DNA of 32,000 bases, taken from positions 7,240 to 39,239 of the forward strand of contig APJZ01000007.1 in assembly GCA_000387965.1 (NCBI GenBank), read 5' to 3'. The DNA comes from Candidatus Nanobsidianus stetteri (lineage in GTDB: Archaea > Nanobdellota > Nanobdellia > Nanobdellales > Nanobdellaceae). The position numbers were made by a program, and so were the translations under genes. The notes under the pieces were generated by a model. The model ran no database searches. It was not told the DNA's origin and was given only the letters and a program-made list of their open reading frames with translations. This document shows, in pieces, positions 6,980 to 16,654 of this stretch. How positions within the stretch are numbered: position 1 is the stretch's first letter; every line of letters starts with the position of its first letter.

Positions 6980-7039
6980 ATAAAATTATAATATTTTTAT
7001 GATTTAAAATTTTTATATCACAAAGTTTTTGAAATATAA

Positions 7040-7879
7040 ATGAATGAAATCATTGAAGAATATAAAGTATGGTTAGAAATACAGGGGAAATCTAAAAATA
7101 CAATAAAAACATATTCGGGTATAGTAAAGAAATTTTTAGAATTTCTAATAAATAATGGAATAATTATTACAGATACAAAATCTATTAATGATTCTTTAGG
7201 CAAGAATTTAATTCTAAAATTTTTAGCTGAGATAAAGGTTAAGAAAAAATTAGATTCTAATTCATTAAGGTTATACGTTAGAGCTATATCATCATTCTTA
7301 AAATTCTTAGATAATGAAAGCTTAGCAAAGCAAATAAAAGCTCCAAAGGTAGATAAAAGATTGCCAAAGTTTATAACATATGATGAATTAAATAAATTAT
7401 TGGAAAATGCAGAAAATTATAGAGATAAACTAATTATTAAATTCCTATTTTATACTGGAGTAAGAGTCTCTGAGTTAATAAAAATAAAAAAGAATGATAT
7501 AATTTTTGAAGAAGGTTTTGTAAAAGTATATGGAAAGGGTGGAAAAGAAAGGATAGTACCAATACCAAAAGAATTATTAAATGAATTGAAAGATTATATA
7601 AATAAAATAAATACTGAAAATATATTTTCATTATCATCAAGACAGGTAGAAAGAATTATAAAAAATACTGCAAAGAAAGCTGGAATAAATAAAAAAGTAA
7701 CTCCACATGTATTGAGGCATTCTCTCGCAACAACATTATTATCAAAAGGCGTTGATATAAGATATATACAAGAAATATTGGGTCATAGTTCGCTAAATAT
7801 TACTCAAATATATACACATGTTGTTCCAAACCAATTAAAAGAAATATATAATAAGGTTTTTGAAAGCCAACTAGCTTAA
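7040..7879 (+). CDS. xerA: Tyrosine recombinase XerA (XerC/XerD family)
   Basis: 279 aa. N-terminal SAM-like core-binding domain (YKVWLEIQGKSKNTIKTYSGIVKKFLEFL), box I YTGVRVSEL, and box II HVLRHSLATTLLSKGVDIRYIQEILGHSSLNITQIYTHV with the catalytic Tyr. Confidence 0.88.
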   Translation: MNEIIEEYKVWLEIQGKSKNTIKTYSGIVKKFLEFLINNGIIITDTKSINDSLGKNLILKFLAEIKVKKKLDSNSLRLYVRAISSFLKFLDNESLAKQIKAPKVDKRLPKFITYDELNKLLENAENYRDKLIIKFLFYTGVRVSELIKIKKNDIIFEEGFVKVYGKGGKERIVPIPKELLNELKDYINKINTENIFSLSSRQVERIIKNTAKKAGINKKVTPHVLRHSLATTLLSKGVDIRYIQEILGHSSLNITQIYTHVVPNQLKEIYNKVFESQLA

Positions 7880-8767
7880 AATTGTTTTTATTTCAAAATA
7901 GTATATTCCAATTACTACTATTATTATTATAATTGATATTATGAATTCTGCAGATAATAATGGCATGCTTTGGGATAGTAATGAATTTATATTAATTGTT
8001 CCAAATATGTATGGAAATAATAATGTTGCTAATATTATTGCATTTAAATAATGAACAATTATGAATAATATTCTTTGTACAAGATCTTTTAAATTCACAA
8101 ATGTTAATATTAGTAATACTATTAGTGGAAAGATAAATAGATAAGGTATTGTATTTTCATATAAATATATATCTAATAATACTAACAAATATCCCATTAA
8201 TCCGTATATTTTAAACTTCTTTACATTAAATATATATCCAAGAATACCTAAAACAAATAATATTGTTGATAACAATAATAATAATGTAAAGTAATTAAAT
8301 ATAATTGAAAGTCCCCAAACAATATTTCCATTTATAATTTTAATGCCATAACCAGTAATAGCTGTAGATAATATAGAAACTAATAATATTGCCATTATTA
8401 AAGTTCCAAATAGATATATTAATATATCTCTTTTACTGTATTCTTTATTTATACTTTTTCCTTCGAAAAATCCTATTCCAATATTTCTAAATATGAATAA
8501 AAATAATATAATAAATATTAGTGGATAAAATGAATATGCGATAGGTATTAATAATGATGGTAATAAAGCTTCATATTGTACTACAAAGAAAACAATTGAT
8601 GTACCTGTTATTTCCCACATTGATAAAAACAAATTTTCATATTTTTTATATAAATCGTTATTTATAAAGAACGATAATGCTAAGGCTATTTCTATTCCTA
8701 TAAGTAATAAAATTGTTGCTGCAATTAAAAATATATATGTATAAAAGTAAAATGAATAGTTCATCAT
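7871..8767 (-). CDS. cydB: Cytochrome bd-type oxidase subunit II (CydB-like)
   Basis: 298-aa, very hydrophobic polytopic protein. Its start overlaps the cydA stop (ATGA overlap at 8764-8767). The call rests mainly on this coupling; the sequence is short and divergent for CydB. Confidence 0.6.
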   Translation of the reverse strand: MMNYSFYFYTYIFLIAATILLLIGIEIALALSFFINNDLYKKYENLFLSMWEITGTSIVFFVVQYEALLPSLLIPIAYSFYPLIFIILFLFIFRNIGIGFFEGKSINKEYSKRDILIYLFGTLIMAILLVSILSTAITGYGIKIINGNIVWGLSIIFNYFTLLLLLSTILFVLGILGYIFNVKKFKIYGLMGYLLVLLDIYLYENTIPYLFIFPLIVLLILTFVNLKDLVQRILFIIVHYLNAIILATLLFPYIFGTININSLLSQSMPLLSAEFIISIIIIIVVIGIYYFEIKTILS

Positions 8768-10125
8768 AATTTATCAATAAAATATCTTTTTATAGCCCAT
8801 ATAGATAAAACAAATAATGCTATATATATTAATTCGAAAGTTATTGCAATGGGAACAATTCCTGGATTTAAATTTGCAGCATCAACTGTTAATAGTATTC
8901 CATATATTGTCCATGGCTGCCTTCCAACTTCTGCAGCAATCCATCCAGTTTCCAAAGAAATTAAAGATAATATTGATAATAATATTAATCCATACAATAA
9001 TAATTTATTCATATAGAATGTATATTTTGGGTTTAAAGTAAATTTTTTATCTTTTTTATCTTCTTTTGAAATTATTAAAGATATCAATCCATATAATGAT
9101 ATAAAGAATATTAAAAATCCAAATATTGCCATTATATCAAAAGAATTGTGTGCTATGGTAATATCATTTGGCGAAGGTATATAAGATTCATTTACATATA
9201 TTCCAGGAACAATTGTATTTGGATTAAAACTCTCATATAATAATAAACTTTGCAAATTTGGAATTTGTATTGAATCAATTAATGTATAATTGTTTGTAAC
9301 AATTCCAAATAAATTTTCAGGTGCATTAGAAATATTTCCATTTAAATTAGCTTCCAATATTGAATACTTAACTGGTTGATATTTTGCCAATGTATCTATT
9401 GAATTTATTCCAAATATTCCTAATAATAATATTGATAGGAATAATATGGGAATTATTAATTTCAATGCTTTTCCATATATTTTTATATTTTCAATATCCT
9501 TTTCTTTCAATATTTTATAGGAAATAAATAATACAAACATTGATAAACCAAATTCTAGTGATGCTAAAATTCCATGAGATACTTCAATAAATTCTATTGG
9601 AGTAAAAAATATTGAATATGGATTTATATCAATATATTGACCATCCAAATACTCAATTCCTACAGGATAATTCATAAAAGAATTTAATGTTATTATTAAA
9701 AAACCAGACATGGTTGCAAATATTCCAATTATATACATAAATATCGGATGTAATACTGAATTATTATATTTTTTAAATGAATAGAAATATATACCCACAA
9801 ATAAAGATTCCATGAAGAATGCTAAAATTTCTATATATAATGATATAATTGCTGTATTACTCACTATTTGCATAAATTTTGGGAATAAAGTATACATTTC
9901 AACAGCAACAATTGTACCTGACAATGTTCCTATTGCAAATAAAACTAATATTAATGTAGATATCCTTTGAGCTAAATTTTTTATATTTTCATCTTTTTTT
10001 AATATTCCATATAATTCTAATGTTCCAATTGCAAAAGGCATTCCAATTGTAATTGATGCTATTATAATATGTATAGCAAGAGAAGATGCAAAAACTACCC
10101 TATCAATATCATATACAGGTAACAT
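8764..10125 (-). CDS. cydA: Cytochrome bd-type oxidase subunit I (CydA)
   Basis: 453 aa with the signature AAEVGRQPWTIYG, an N-terminal His at residue 19 (SSLAIHIIIAS) and ...FIEVSHGILASLEFG..., at the positions expected for heme ligands. The Q-loop is short. Confidence 0.88.
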   Translation of the reverse strand: MLPVYDIDRVVFASSLAIHIIIASITIGMPFAIGTLELYGILKKDENIKNLAQRISTLILVLFAIGTLSGTIVAVEMYTLFPKFMQIVSNTAIISLYIEILAFFMESLFVGIYFYSFKKYNNSVLHPIFMYIIGIFATMSGFLIITLNSFMNYPVGIEYLDGQYIDINPYSIFFTPIEFIEVSHGILASLEFGLSMFVLFISYKILKEKDIENIKIYGKALKLIIPILFLSILLLGIFGINSIDTLAKYQPVKYSILEANLNGNISNAPENLFGIVTNNYTLIDSIQIPNLQSLLLYESFNPNTIVPGIYVNESYIPSPNDITIAHNSFDIMAIFGFLIFFISLYGLISLIISKEDKKDKKFTLNPKYTFYMNKLLLYGLILLSILSLISLETGWIAAEVGRQPWTIYGILLTVDAANLNPGIVPIAITFELIYIALFVLSIWAIKRYFIDKL

Positions 10126-10162
10126 AAAATATTTATAGTTTATATATTTAAAAAAATTCTAT

Positions 10163-10648
10163 TTAAAGAATAAATACTGCTGCCGATATGACGGTACTAT
10201 ATTTTTCTACCTTTGTTTTTCTAAATATTTCAAATTCCCTATCTATTTCTATATTATATATAGACTTTAACATGTTCTTTGCCATATTTTTTGCATATCC
10301 TTCCTCTTTTCCAGTATAATATCCATGGTATTCTGTAAAATACCCATTATATTTTTTATCCTTAGGTAGTGCTACTCCAACCGATGAAAATATTTCTTTG
10401 CCCTCTTCATTAGAAGTAAATCTAGATAAAACACAGAATACAACCTGGCCTGCTTTTAAATGTTTTAATCCTTCATCTATGTCTATAATTTTTACATTTG
10501 GTGGTGCTATACTGGATACTGGAACTAAATTAAATCTCTCTATTTTTGCATCTCTCAATGCATATTCAAAACTTAACAATGGATCATCTGCTACACCTAT
10601 ACCAGAAGTAAAGAAAACCTTTTTTGGTACCAGACTCCGCGGGTTCAT
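10163..10648 (-). CDS. pdaD: Pyruvoyl-dependent arginine decarboxylase
   Basis: 161 aa with VPKKVFFTSGIGVADDPLLSFEYALRDAKIERFNLVPVSSIAPP, which matches the PdaD family including the Ser-Ser self-cleavage site (residues 45-46 here). Confidence 0.88.
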   Translation of the reverse strand: MNPRSLVPKKVFFTSGIGVADDPLLSFEYALRDAKIERFNLVPVSSIAPPNVKIIDIDEGLKHLKAGQVVFCVLSRFTSNEEGKEIFSSVGVALPKDKKYNGYFTEYHGYYTGKEEGYAKNMAKNMLKSIYNIEIDREFEIFRKTKVEKYSTVISAAVFIL

Positions 10649-10679
10649 AAAATAAAAAATTAACTTTATGATTTATAAG

Positions 10680-11285
10680 TTATCTAGAAGATGAAGCCAA
10701 CCTTTCTAATTCTAATTTTTTCTGTATTGCAAATGATTCTATAGAATTTTTATATGCATTTATTATTTCTTTTGCCAATGCACTTGCCATATCTTTTTTA
10801 TTTCTAGAACCATGATATGCTCCCCAAACAATATGTCTTATAGCCAAATCAATCCTTCTTAAAGGTGAAATGTCTACTGCTTTTGGATATCTTGCACCAC
10901 CCATTTCTATATTTGTTATTTCTTCTCTTGGAGCAGCATTTTCTATTGCCTTTGTTAATACTTTTATTGGATTTTGTTTTGTTTCCTTTTCAATTATTTC
11001 AAATGTCTTTATCAATATTTTTAGTACTTTATGATATTCTCCAGAAGCATAATATGAAGTAAATTTATGTTTTCCACCATAATGACCTGGTGTCATTAGT
11101 CTACCAATTAATCTCTCTATAATTGGCATATTCCTTCTTCCAAATCTTCTATTTTGATATCTACCATTTGTTTTTGGAACAATATATGGTTTCAAATTCA
11201 TAAAAGCTCTTAATGTTTCATCTTCTACATCTACTTCATATTCCCATCTTCCAAGAAATTTCAAATCATTAATATTATTTACCAT
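10680..11285 (-). CDS. rps7: 30S ribosomal protein S7
   Basis: 201 aa with ...IERLIGRLMTPGHYGGKHKF...AIENAAPREEITNIEMGGARYPKAVDISPLRRIDLAIRHI..., typical archaeal S7. Confidence 0.92.
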   Translation of the reverse strand: MVNNINDLKFLGRWEYEVDVEDETLRAFMNLKPYIVPKTNGRYQNRRFGRRNMPIIERLIGRLMTPGHYGGKHKFTSYYASGEYHKVLKILIKTFEIIEKETKQNPIKVLTKAIENAAPREEITNIEMGGARYPKAVDISPLRRIDLAIRHIVWGAYHGSRNKKDMASALAKEIINAYKNSIESFAIQKKLELERLASSSR

Positions 11286-11316
11286 TAAAAATAATATTAA
11301 AAGATAAATTAAAAAA

Positions 11317-12132
11317 TTATTCTGATTCTCTTATTGCCTTAACTAAAACTGGTACTAATGTTAGTACAAACAATATTACAAAGCCCCATGCAAATATATT
11401 TTCTACACTTGCTGAAATGTTTGAATATCCAACAGTTAATACTGATAATGATGATATAACAAATATTGAATATATAAATATTTGAATAAATGGTCTTACA
11501 TTTTTATAATATGTATTTTCACTTATATTTTCTGTTATATATTTCATTACAATTAGTCCAATTGATAATATTACAAATACACCTATTATATTATCAAATA
11601 ATGTATATTGGAATCCTAACAATTGCAAAGAATAATATGTTATTATCCATACAAATCCTAAGAATAATAGTAATCTCAATAATTCTGCTATATGTGAATT
11701 ATATCCTTCAATTAGTATATATAGATATGATGTAAAGAATATTGAAAATATTACACCAGCTGCTATTATTAATACAACTATTGATATTAATAATAATGTT
11801 GAAGAAACCATCATTGTCAATTGCAATATATTAGATACATAAGAATATTGTGTTGCTGTTAATAGATTTGGCATCAATGATAATACACTATTAAATACTA
11901 ATATTCCCAATATTACTCCACCCAAATATGATAATAATACTGCTACATTTATTTCTGGCATTTTGCTAAATGTTGATTTTAATTTCTCATATATATTCTC
12001 TATCTTTACATACTTTGTAAATAGCCAGTTCAATACTTTATATACTATCCATCCTACAAAATAACCTATTATCCCACCTAATACTAAAAAACCAATAAAA
12101 TAACCTATAGATATCAATAAGTCATATACCAT
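11317..12132 (-). CDS. Hypothetical polytopic membrane protein (about 7 hydrophobic segments)
   Basis: 271-aa ORF with repeated long hydrophobic stretches. It has its own TATA-like ATTTATATAAT about 25 nt upstream. No recognisable family. It sits between rps12 and rps7. Confidence 0.7.
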   Translation of the reverse strand: MVYDLLISIGYFIGFLVLGGIIGYFVGWIVYKVLNWLFTKYVKIENIYEKLKSTFSKMPEINVAVLLSYLGGVILGILVFNSVLSLMPNLLTATQYSYVSNILQLTMMVSSTLLLISIVVLIIAAGVIFSIFFTSYLYILIEGYNSHIAELLRLLLFLGFVWIITYYSLQLLGFQYTLFDNIIGVFVILSIGLIVMKYITENISENTYYKNVRPFIQIFIYSIFVISSLSVLTVGYSNISASVENIFAWGFVILFVLTLVPVLVKAIRESE

Positions 12133-12216
12133 TTATTTTTTGTATATTAAAATTATATAAATATTGATTTTGTTATCAAAAAATGACAACTATTTCTTTA
12201 TAACTCCTCTTAAAGA

Positions 12217-12645
12217 CTATCTTCTAGCTTTTTCTATCTTACCTTTTCTTAATAATTCTAAAGGTTGTCCATTTACAAGTATTACTTTATATCTTACTCC
12301 TGGTATTGAACCTATGGTTCTACCTTTTGGTCCACCTATTCCAACTATTAATACATCATCATGCTCATCAATATATTTTATTGCCTTATCACCTGGAGCA
12401 AAGGCTGTAACAATTTTTCCATTTTTCTTTAATTGAACTTTTACACATTTTATCATTCCAGAATATGGCTGCCTTTTTTCAATCTGTACTTTTTCTAATA
12501 CAATTCCAGATGCCATTGGACTTCCTTCCAAAGGATCATATTTCTCTTTTAACTTTAATATCCTTCTTTTCCATTCTTTCTTACTCCATCTAAATTTTTT
12601 TCTATTTTCAATTAATTTCTTAGCAGCAAACAATCCATTAGCCAT
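12217..12645 (-). CDS. rps12: 30S ribosomal protein S12
   Basis: 142 aa with ...[47 protein letters not shown]..., the archaeal S12 signature. Confidence 0.93.
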   Translation of the reverse strand: MANGLFAAKKLIENRKKFRWSKKEWKRRILKLKEKYDPLEGSPMASGIVLEKVQIEKRQPYSGMIKCVKVQLKKNGKIVTAFAPGDKAIKYIDEHDDVLIVGIGGPKGRTIGSIPGVRYKVILVNGQPLELLRKGKIEKARR

Positions 12646-12910
12646 TCTTTAATATAGATATAACAGAAATTTTAAATGGCTTTTTCAATAACAAGCCTAC
12701 CTCTTCATTTGAATAATCCAATACCTCTACTTCAAAATTTCCCAATTTCTGATAGTATTCTATATCCTTTTTTATATTTTCCGGAACATTTTTTGCTAAA
12801 AATATCTTTTCTACTTTTCCCCTTTTAACCATTTTCAAAGTTCTATTATATCCAATAATTATTTTCTTCTCATCAACAATTTTCTTTCTTAAATCATCAA
12901 ATGTTACCAT
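12638..12910 (-). CDS. rpl30e: 50S ribosomal protein L30e
   Basis: 90 aa, L7Ae/L30e-fold pattern ([26 protein letters not shown]...[18 protein letters not shown]). It occupies the conserved position directly after rpoA''. Confidence 0.75.
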   Translation of the reverse strand: MVTFDDLRKKIVDEKKIIIGYNRTLKMVKRGKVEKIFLAKNVPENIKKDIEYYQKLGNFEVEVLDYSNEEVGLLLKKPFKISVISILKNG

Positions 12911-12936
12911 AAAATCTATCTATATAAAAAATATTT

Positions 12937-14031
12937 TTATTCCTTATCTTCCCTCTTATTTCCTACAAAGTATACATCATATAAACCAGTACCTAAATAT
13001 ATTGGTTGATTCATTATAACATTATCTATTCCACTCAATACCTTATCAGATTGCCCCATCATTGAAGATCTAACAAATATAGAAACTGGAGTTTCAAATG
13101 CTGCCTTTGATAATGTAGATTCTTTTTCTGCATGCAGTCCATATCTATTTATACCTAAATATATTCCATACCATGTCAACATATCTGCTACTAACATAAA
13201 ATGCCTTACATCTACACTAAGACCTTGTTGTTCGTATAATTTAACTAATTCTTGTAATATTGCAGCTCTAGCAGCTTCTATTCCCAATACTCTTTCTATT
13301 TCTCTTAGATCGTTTGTATATACTTTTGTATAATCTACCTCTGGTATTTTCATAACCTCCAATAAATTAGATCCAATAGTATATATTACATATTCATCAT
13401 CTTCTTTATGTATAGTTACATCCTTAATTCCTTTTATTCCCTTTATTAATATTTTCTTTATCATTTCTTTAAGCAAATATAATTCTTTTGCGGATAATTT
13501 AGGAGCACTTACATATATATTTTGCTTATCATTCTCGACCTTATATTTCTTTATTTTCTTTTTTAATATTCTAAATACTTCATCAAATTTTAATTCTTCT
13601 TTTTTCAATTTTTCTTTATCCAAAACAATTATTATTTTATTTTCAAATACATCTATTGTTATTGATGATAATATATCTTCCAATAATAATTCCTTTATCT
13701 TTTTTGCAACATTTTGAGCTACGCTTAAATCATTTTTATATTCATCCAATAACCTTATTATCATATATTTTCTTTTCATTTTCTTTTTTGCATCTGTTAT
13801 TTCTGTGAGTCTGGGTAAACCCAAAGAAACCTGCTGAGCAGATATACCTACAAAGTGAAATGATTTTAATATCATCTGTGTTGTTGGTTCTGCAATTGAT
13901 TGAGCAGCAACTATACCAACAGGTTCACCCGGATCTATTATAAATTTATATGAAAAATCTTCTACTATTTTTCTTAATTTTTCATCTTCTATTTTTTCTA
14001 GATCCTTTTTTATTTTTTCCGGTAGTTCCAT
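12937..14031 (-). CDS. rpoA2: DNA-directed RNA polymerase subunit A''
   Basis: 364 aa with ...DPGEPVGIVAAQSIAEPTTQMILKSFHFVGI... and ...RHFMLVADMLTWYG...STLSKAAFETP.... The ATG at 14031 overlaps the A' 3' end by 50 nt, and no alternative in-frame start lies before the conserved region. Confidence 0.92.
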   Translation of the reverse strand: MELPEKIKKDLEKIEDEKLRKIVEDFSYKFIIDPGEPVGIVAAQSIAEPTTQMILKSFHFVGISAQQVSLGLPRLTEITDAKKKMKRKYMIIRLLDEYKNDLSVAQNVAKKIKELLLEDILSSITIDVFENKIIIVLDKEKLKKEELKFDEVFRILKKKIKKYKVENDKQNIYVSAPKLSAKELYLLKEMIKKILIKGIKGIKDVTIHKEDDEYVIYTIGSNLLEVMKIPEVDYTKVYTNDLREIERVLGIEAARAAILQELVKLYEQQGLSVDVRHFMLVADMLTWYGIYLGINRYGLHAEKESTLSKAAFETPVSIFVRSSMMGQSDKVLSGIDNVIMNQPIYLGTGLYDVYFVGNKREDKE

Positions 14032-16654
14032 CTTTATTATTTTCTACATAAGGTTTTAAAATTTGGGCCATTAAATTTACGTCTAATTTTCCATTTATTG
14101 ATTTATGTACTGCAACTCCATCTCCTCCATAAACAAATTGTACAATTCTATTATATGCATCTCTAACAGTTAAATCATCATTTACATGAAGGTCATATAA
14201 ACTTAGTACTAATCTTCTATAGAAGTATCCAGATTGAGCAGTTCTTATTGCAGTATCCATTAAAGAGTCTCTACCGGGTAATGCGTGGAAGAACATTTCC
14301 CATGGTTGTAAACCATCTCTAAAAGAACTTATTACCCAACCATAATATTTTGGATGATATATGTTTCTCTCAAATATTGATAAATTCCTCCCTTTATAAC
14401 CAAAGTCTATAAATCTTCCTCTAAATGCCTGAAATCCTAAAGATCCAGCCATTCTAACGGCGTTTTGCCAATCACCTCTTGCACCAGTTATAGACATAAT
14501 ATATGTACCTGTATCTTTTTTCATATATTTTCTAAGAACATCTTGTATTTTTGTAACACTTTCAGATATAGCCTGCATAGATTTTAATTCATATGTTTCC
14601 TGTAAACTTCTACCAGCAATTCTTTCAAGAGTTCCTTCGGTATATTGTTTATATAAATCATTTACTGTTTTTTCTGTATTATCTATTATCTTTTTTATTT
14701 CCTCTTTTGCCTCTTCTGGCAAATCAAAATCAGAAATAGACATTGTAATTCCCAAATTATATTGATAATATATTCCCAATAAACTATATTTTTCTAATAG
14801 ATCATTTACATATTCTTTTCCATACAATTTATATAATATAACAAATAATCTTCCCTTCTCTGCTTTTATTAAACTTGAATCCAAATGCCCTCTAACAATC
14901 ATTCCATTTTCTATCTTTATTTTATCATTTTCAAAATTAAAGTCATCTGGTAAGAATACTGAGGCAATTTCTTTTCCAGTTAAATAATCTCTTCCTTCCT
15001 CTTTTGCTTTTTTAATAATATTAGACAACTTATCTAAATCTTTATCATTAGCGTTTGACATATATATTAACTGTGCAGCTTGATTAATAGGTATTTTTAC
15101 ATCATCTTGTGTTATTAAATACAATCCTGTTATCATTTCTTGTATCATACCAACAATAAAATCTCCATACCTTGGAGTAATATAATTATTTGATATTTCT
15201 GTTAAAAATTCTGCTTCTGCTCTTGCTTCTTCACTTCTTGGTAAGAATACATTCATTTCATCCCCATCAAAATCTGCATTATATGGTTTACATATTATTG
15301 GATTTATCCTAAAGGTATTTCCAGGAAGTATTTTAGCATAATGACCCATCATAGATAATCTATGTAAGGATGGATATCTTAATAATAATACAATATCTCC
15401 ATCCATTAAATGTCTTTCAACAATCCATCCTGGCGCAATCATTGAAGCAAGTGTTTCTTTATTTTCTTCTGTAATTATCCTTTTTCTTCCATCTGGAGAT
15501 ATTACATAATTTGCACCAGGATATTTTTCAGGTCCATTCAATATATATTCCTTCATTTTTTCAATATTCCATTCAGTAACCCTTTCAGGAACTGTCAATA
15601 TTTTTGCAACATATATTGGTATTCCAACCTCATTTGGTTTTATTTTTGTATCTGGAGTAATAACTGCCCTTGAACTATAATTTATTCTCTTTCCGAGCAA
15701 ATATCTCCTAATTATTCCTTCCTTTCCAGAAATTCTTTCAACCAATGATTTTAATGGTTTTCCAGATCTTTGTTGAGCTTTAGGTACATATGGTAAAGTA
15801 TTGTTAAAATATGTAAATATATGATATTGTAATAAATTATATATATCATCTACAATAACTTGTGGGGCTCCTGTTGTTATATCTTCTTTTAATCTTTGAT
15901 TTGTTCTTACAATATCAACTAATTTATGAGTTAAATCATCTTCCGCTCTTTCACCGGTTTCCAAAACTATTGAAGGTCTCATTGTTACTGGAGGTACTGG
16001 TAAAACTGTTAATATCATCCATTCTGGCCTAGAAAATGAAGGATCGAATCCAATTAATGGTAAATCTTCATTTGGTATTTTTTCAAATATTGCTCTAATT
16101 TCAACTGGATACATTCTTCTTTCATTTTCCTTATCCTTAACATAAAAGTAAAATGGTTTTCTAAATTCTACTTTTGGATTTTCATATCCACATACTGGAC
16201 ATTTTGATCTTTTTTTAGCTTTGGAATATACAAACTTAATTATAAATTTATATAATCTATTCCATCTTCTTGAATGTCTATACTTTTCTATCTTATTTAA
16301 TGCAAACTCTCTTTCTTCCTTTGTTAATTTCACATGACCACAATTATGACAAACCGCATTTACCAATTCTCTAACAATTGGTAAAAATTCTGGATGTAAT
16401 ACTGGCCTTGCCAGTTCAATATGACCAAAATGTCCCAAACATTTTCCCGCAGTTTTTCCACATGTTTCACATACATAACTTGGATCTACTACTCCCAATC
16501 TTAAATCCATTAATCCACCCCTTATTGGGGTTCCATCTTCATCATATAACTCTGATACAATTATTTTTGCTGCAGACATTTTTCTTATTGCATCGGGACT
16601 TAATAAAGAATATTGAATTTCAGAAATTCTTTTGAAAAATATATCCTTCATCAT
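13982..16654 (-). CDS. rpoA1: DNA-directed RNA polymerase subunit A'
   Basis: 890 aa with N-terminal zinc motifs (CETCGKTAGKCLGHFGHIEL; CHNCGH), the catalytic YNADFDGDEMNVFLP, and RYPSLHRLSMMGH. Confidence 0.96.
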   Translation of the reverse strand: MMKDIFFKRISEIQYSLLSPDAIRKMSAAKIIVSELYDEDGTPIRGGLMDLRLGVVDPSYVCETCGKTAGKCLGHFGHIELARPVLHPEFLPIVRELVNAVCHNCGHVKLTKEEREFALNKIEKYRHSRRWNRLYKFIIKFVYSKAKKRSKCPVCGYENPKVEFRKPFYFYVKDKENERRMYPVEIRAIFEKIPNEDLPLIGFDPSFSRPEWMILTVLPVPPVTMRPSIVLETGERAEDDLTHKLVDIVRTNQRLKEDITTGAPQVIVDDIYNLLQYHIFTYFNNTLPYVPKAQQRSGKPLKSLVERISGKEGIIRRYLLGKRINYSSRAVITPDTKIKPNEVGIPIYVAKILTVPERVTEWNIEKMKEYILNGPEKYPGANYVISPDGRKRIITEENKETLASMIAPGWIVERHLMDGDIVLLLRYPSLHRLSMMGHYAKILPGNTFRINPIICKPYNADFDGDEMNVFLPRSEEARAEAEFLTEISNNYITPRYGDFIVGMIQEMITGLYLITQDDVKIPINQAAQLIYMSNANDKDLDKLSNIIKKAKEEGRDYLTGKEIASVFLPDDFNFENDKIKIENGMIVRGHLDSSLIKAEKGRLFVILYKLYGKEYVNDLLEKYSLLGIYYQYNLGITMSISDFDLPEEAKEEIKKIIDNTEKTVNDLYKQYTEGTLERIAGRSLQETYELKSMQAISESVTKIQDVLRKYMKKDTGTYIMSITGARGDWQNAVRMAGSLGFQAFRGRFIDFGYKGRNLSIFERNIYHPKYYGWVISSFRDGLQPWEMFFHALPGRDSLMDTAIRTAQSGYFYRRLVLSLYDLHVNDDLTVRDAYNRIVQFVYGGDGVAVHKSINGKLDVNLMAQILKPYVENNKDGTTGKNKKGSRKNRR

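Noticed and set aside
6860-6985. GC-rich island as a split-tRNA half (as known in Nanoarchaeum)
   Set aside because: I could find no acceptor/T-arm or D-arm/anticodon-arm arrangement. The C/D box layout explains 6873-6922 better.
5405-7879. NTase-like paralogues plus XerA as a small integrated mobile element
   Set aside because: No flanking direct repeats, no tRNA target and no replication or capsid genes are present. The xerA stop overlaps the cydB stop, leaving no boundary. The evidence is insufficient.
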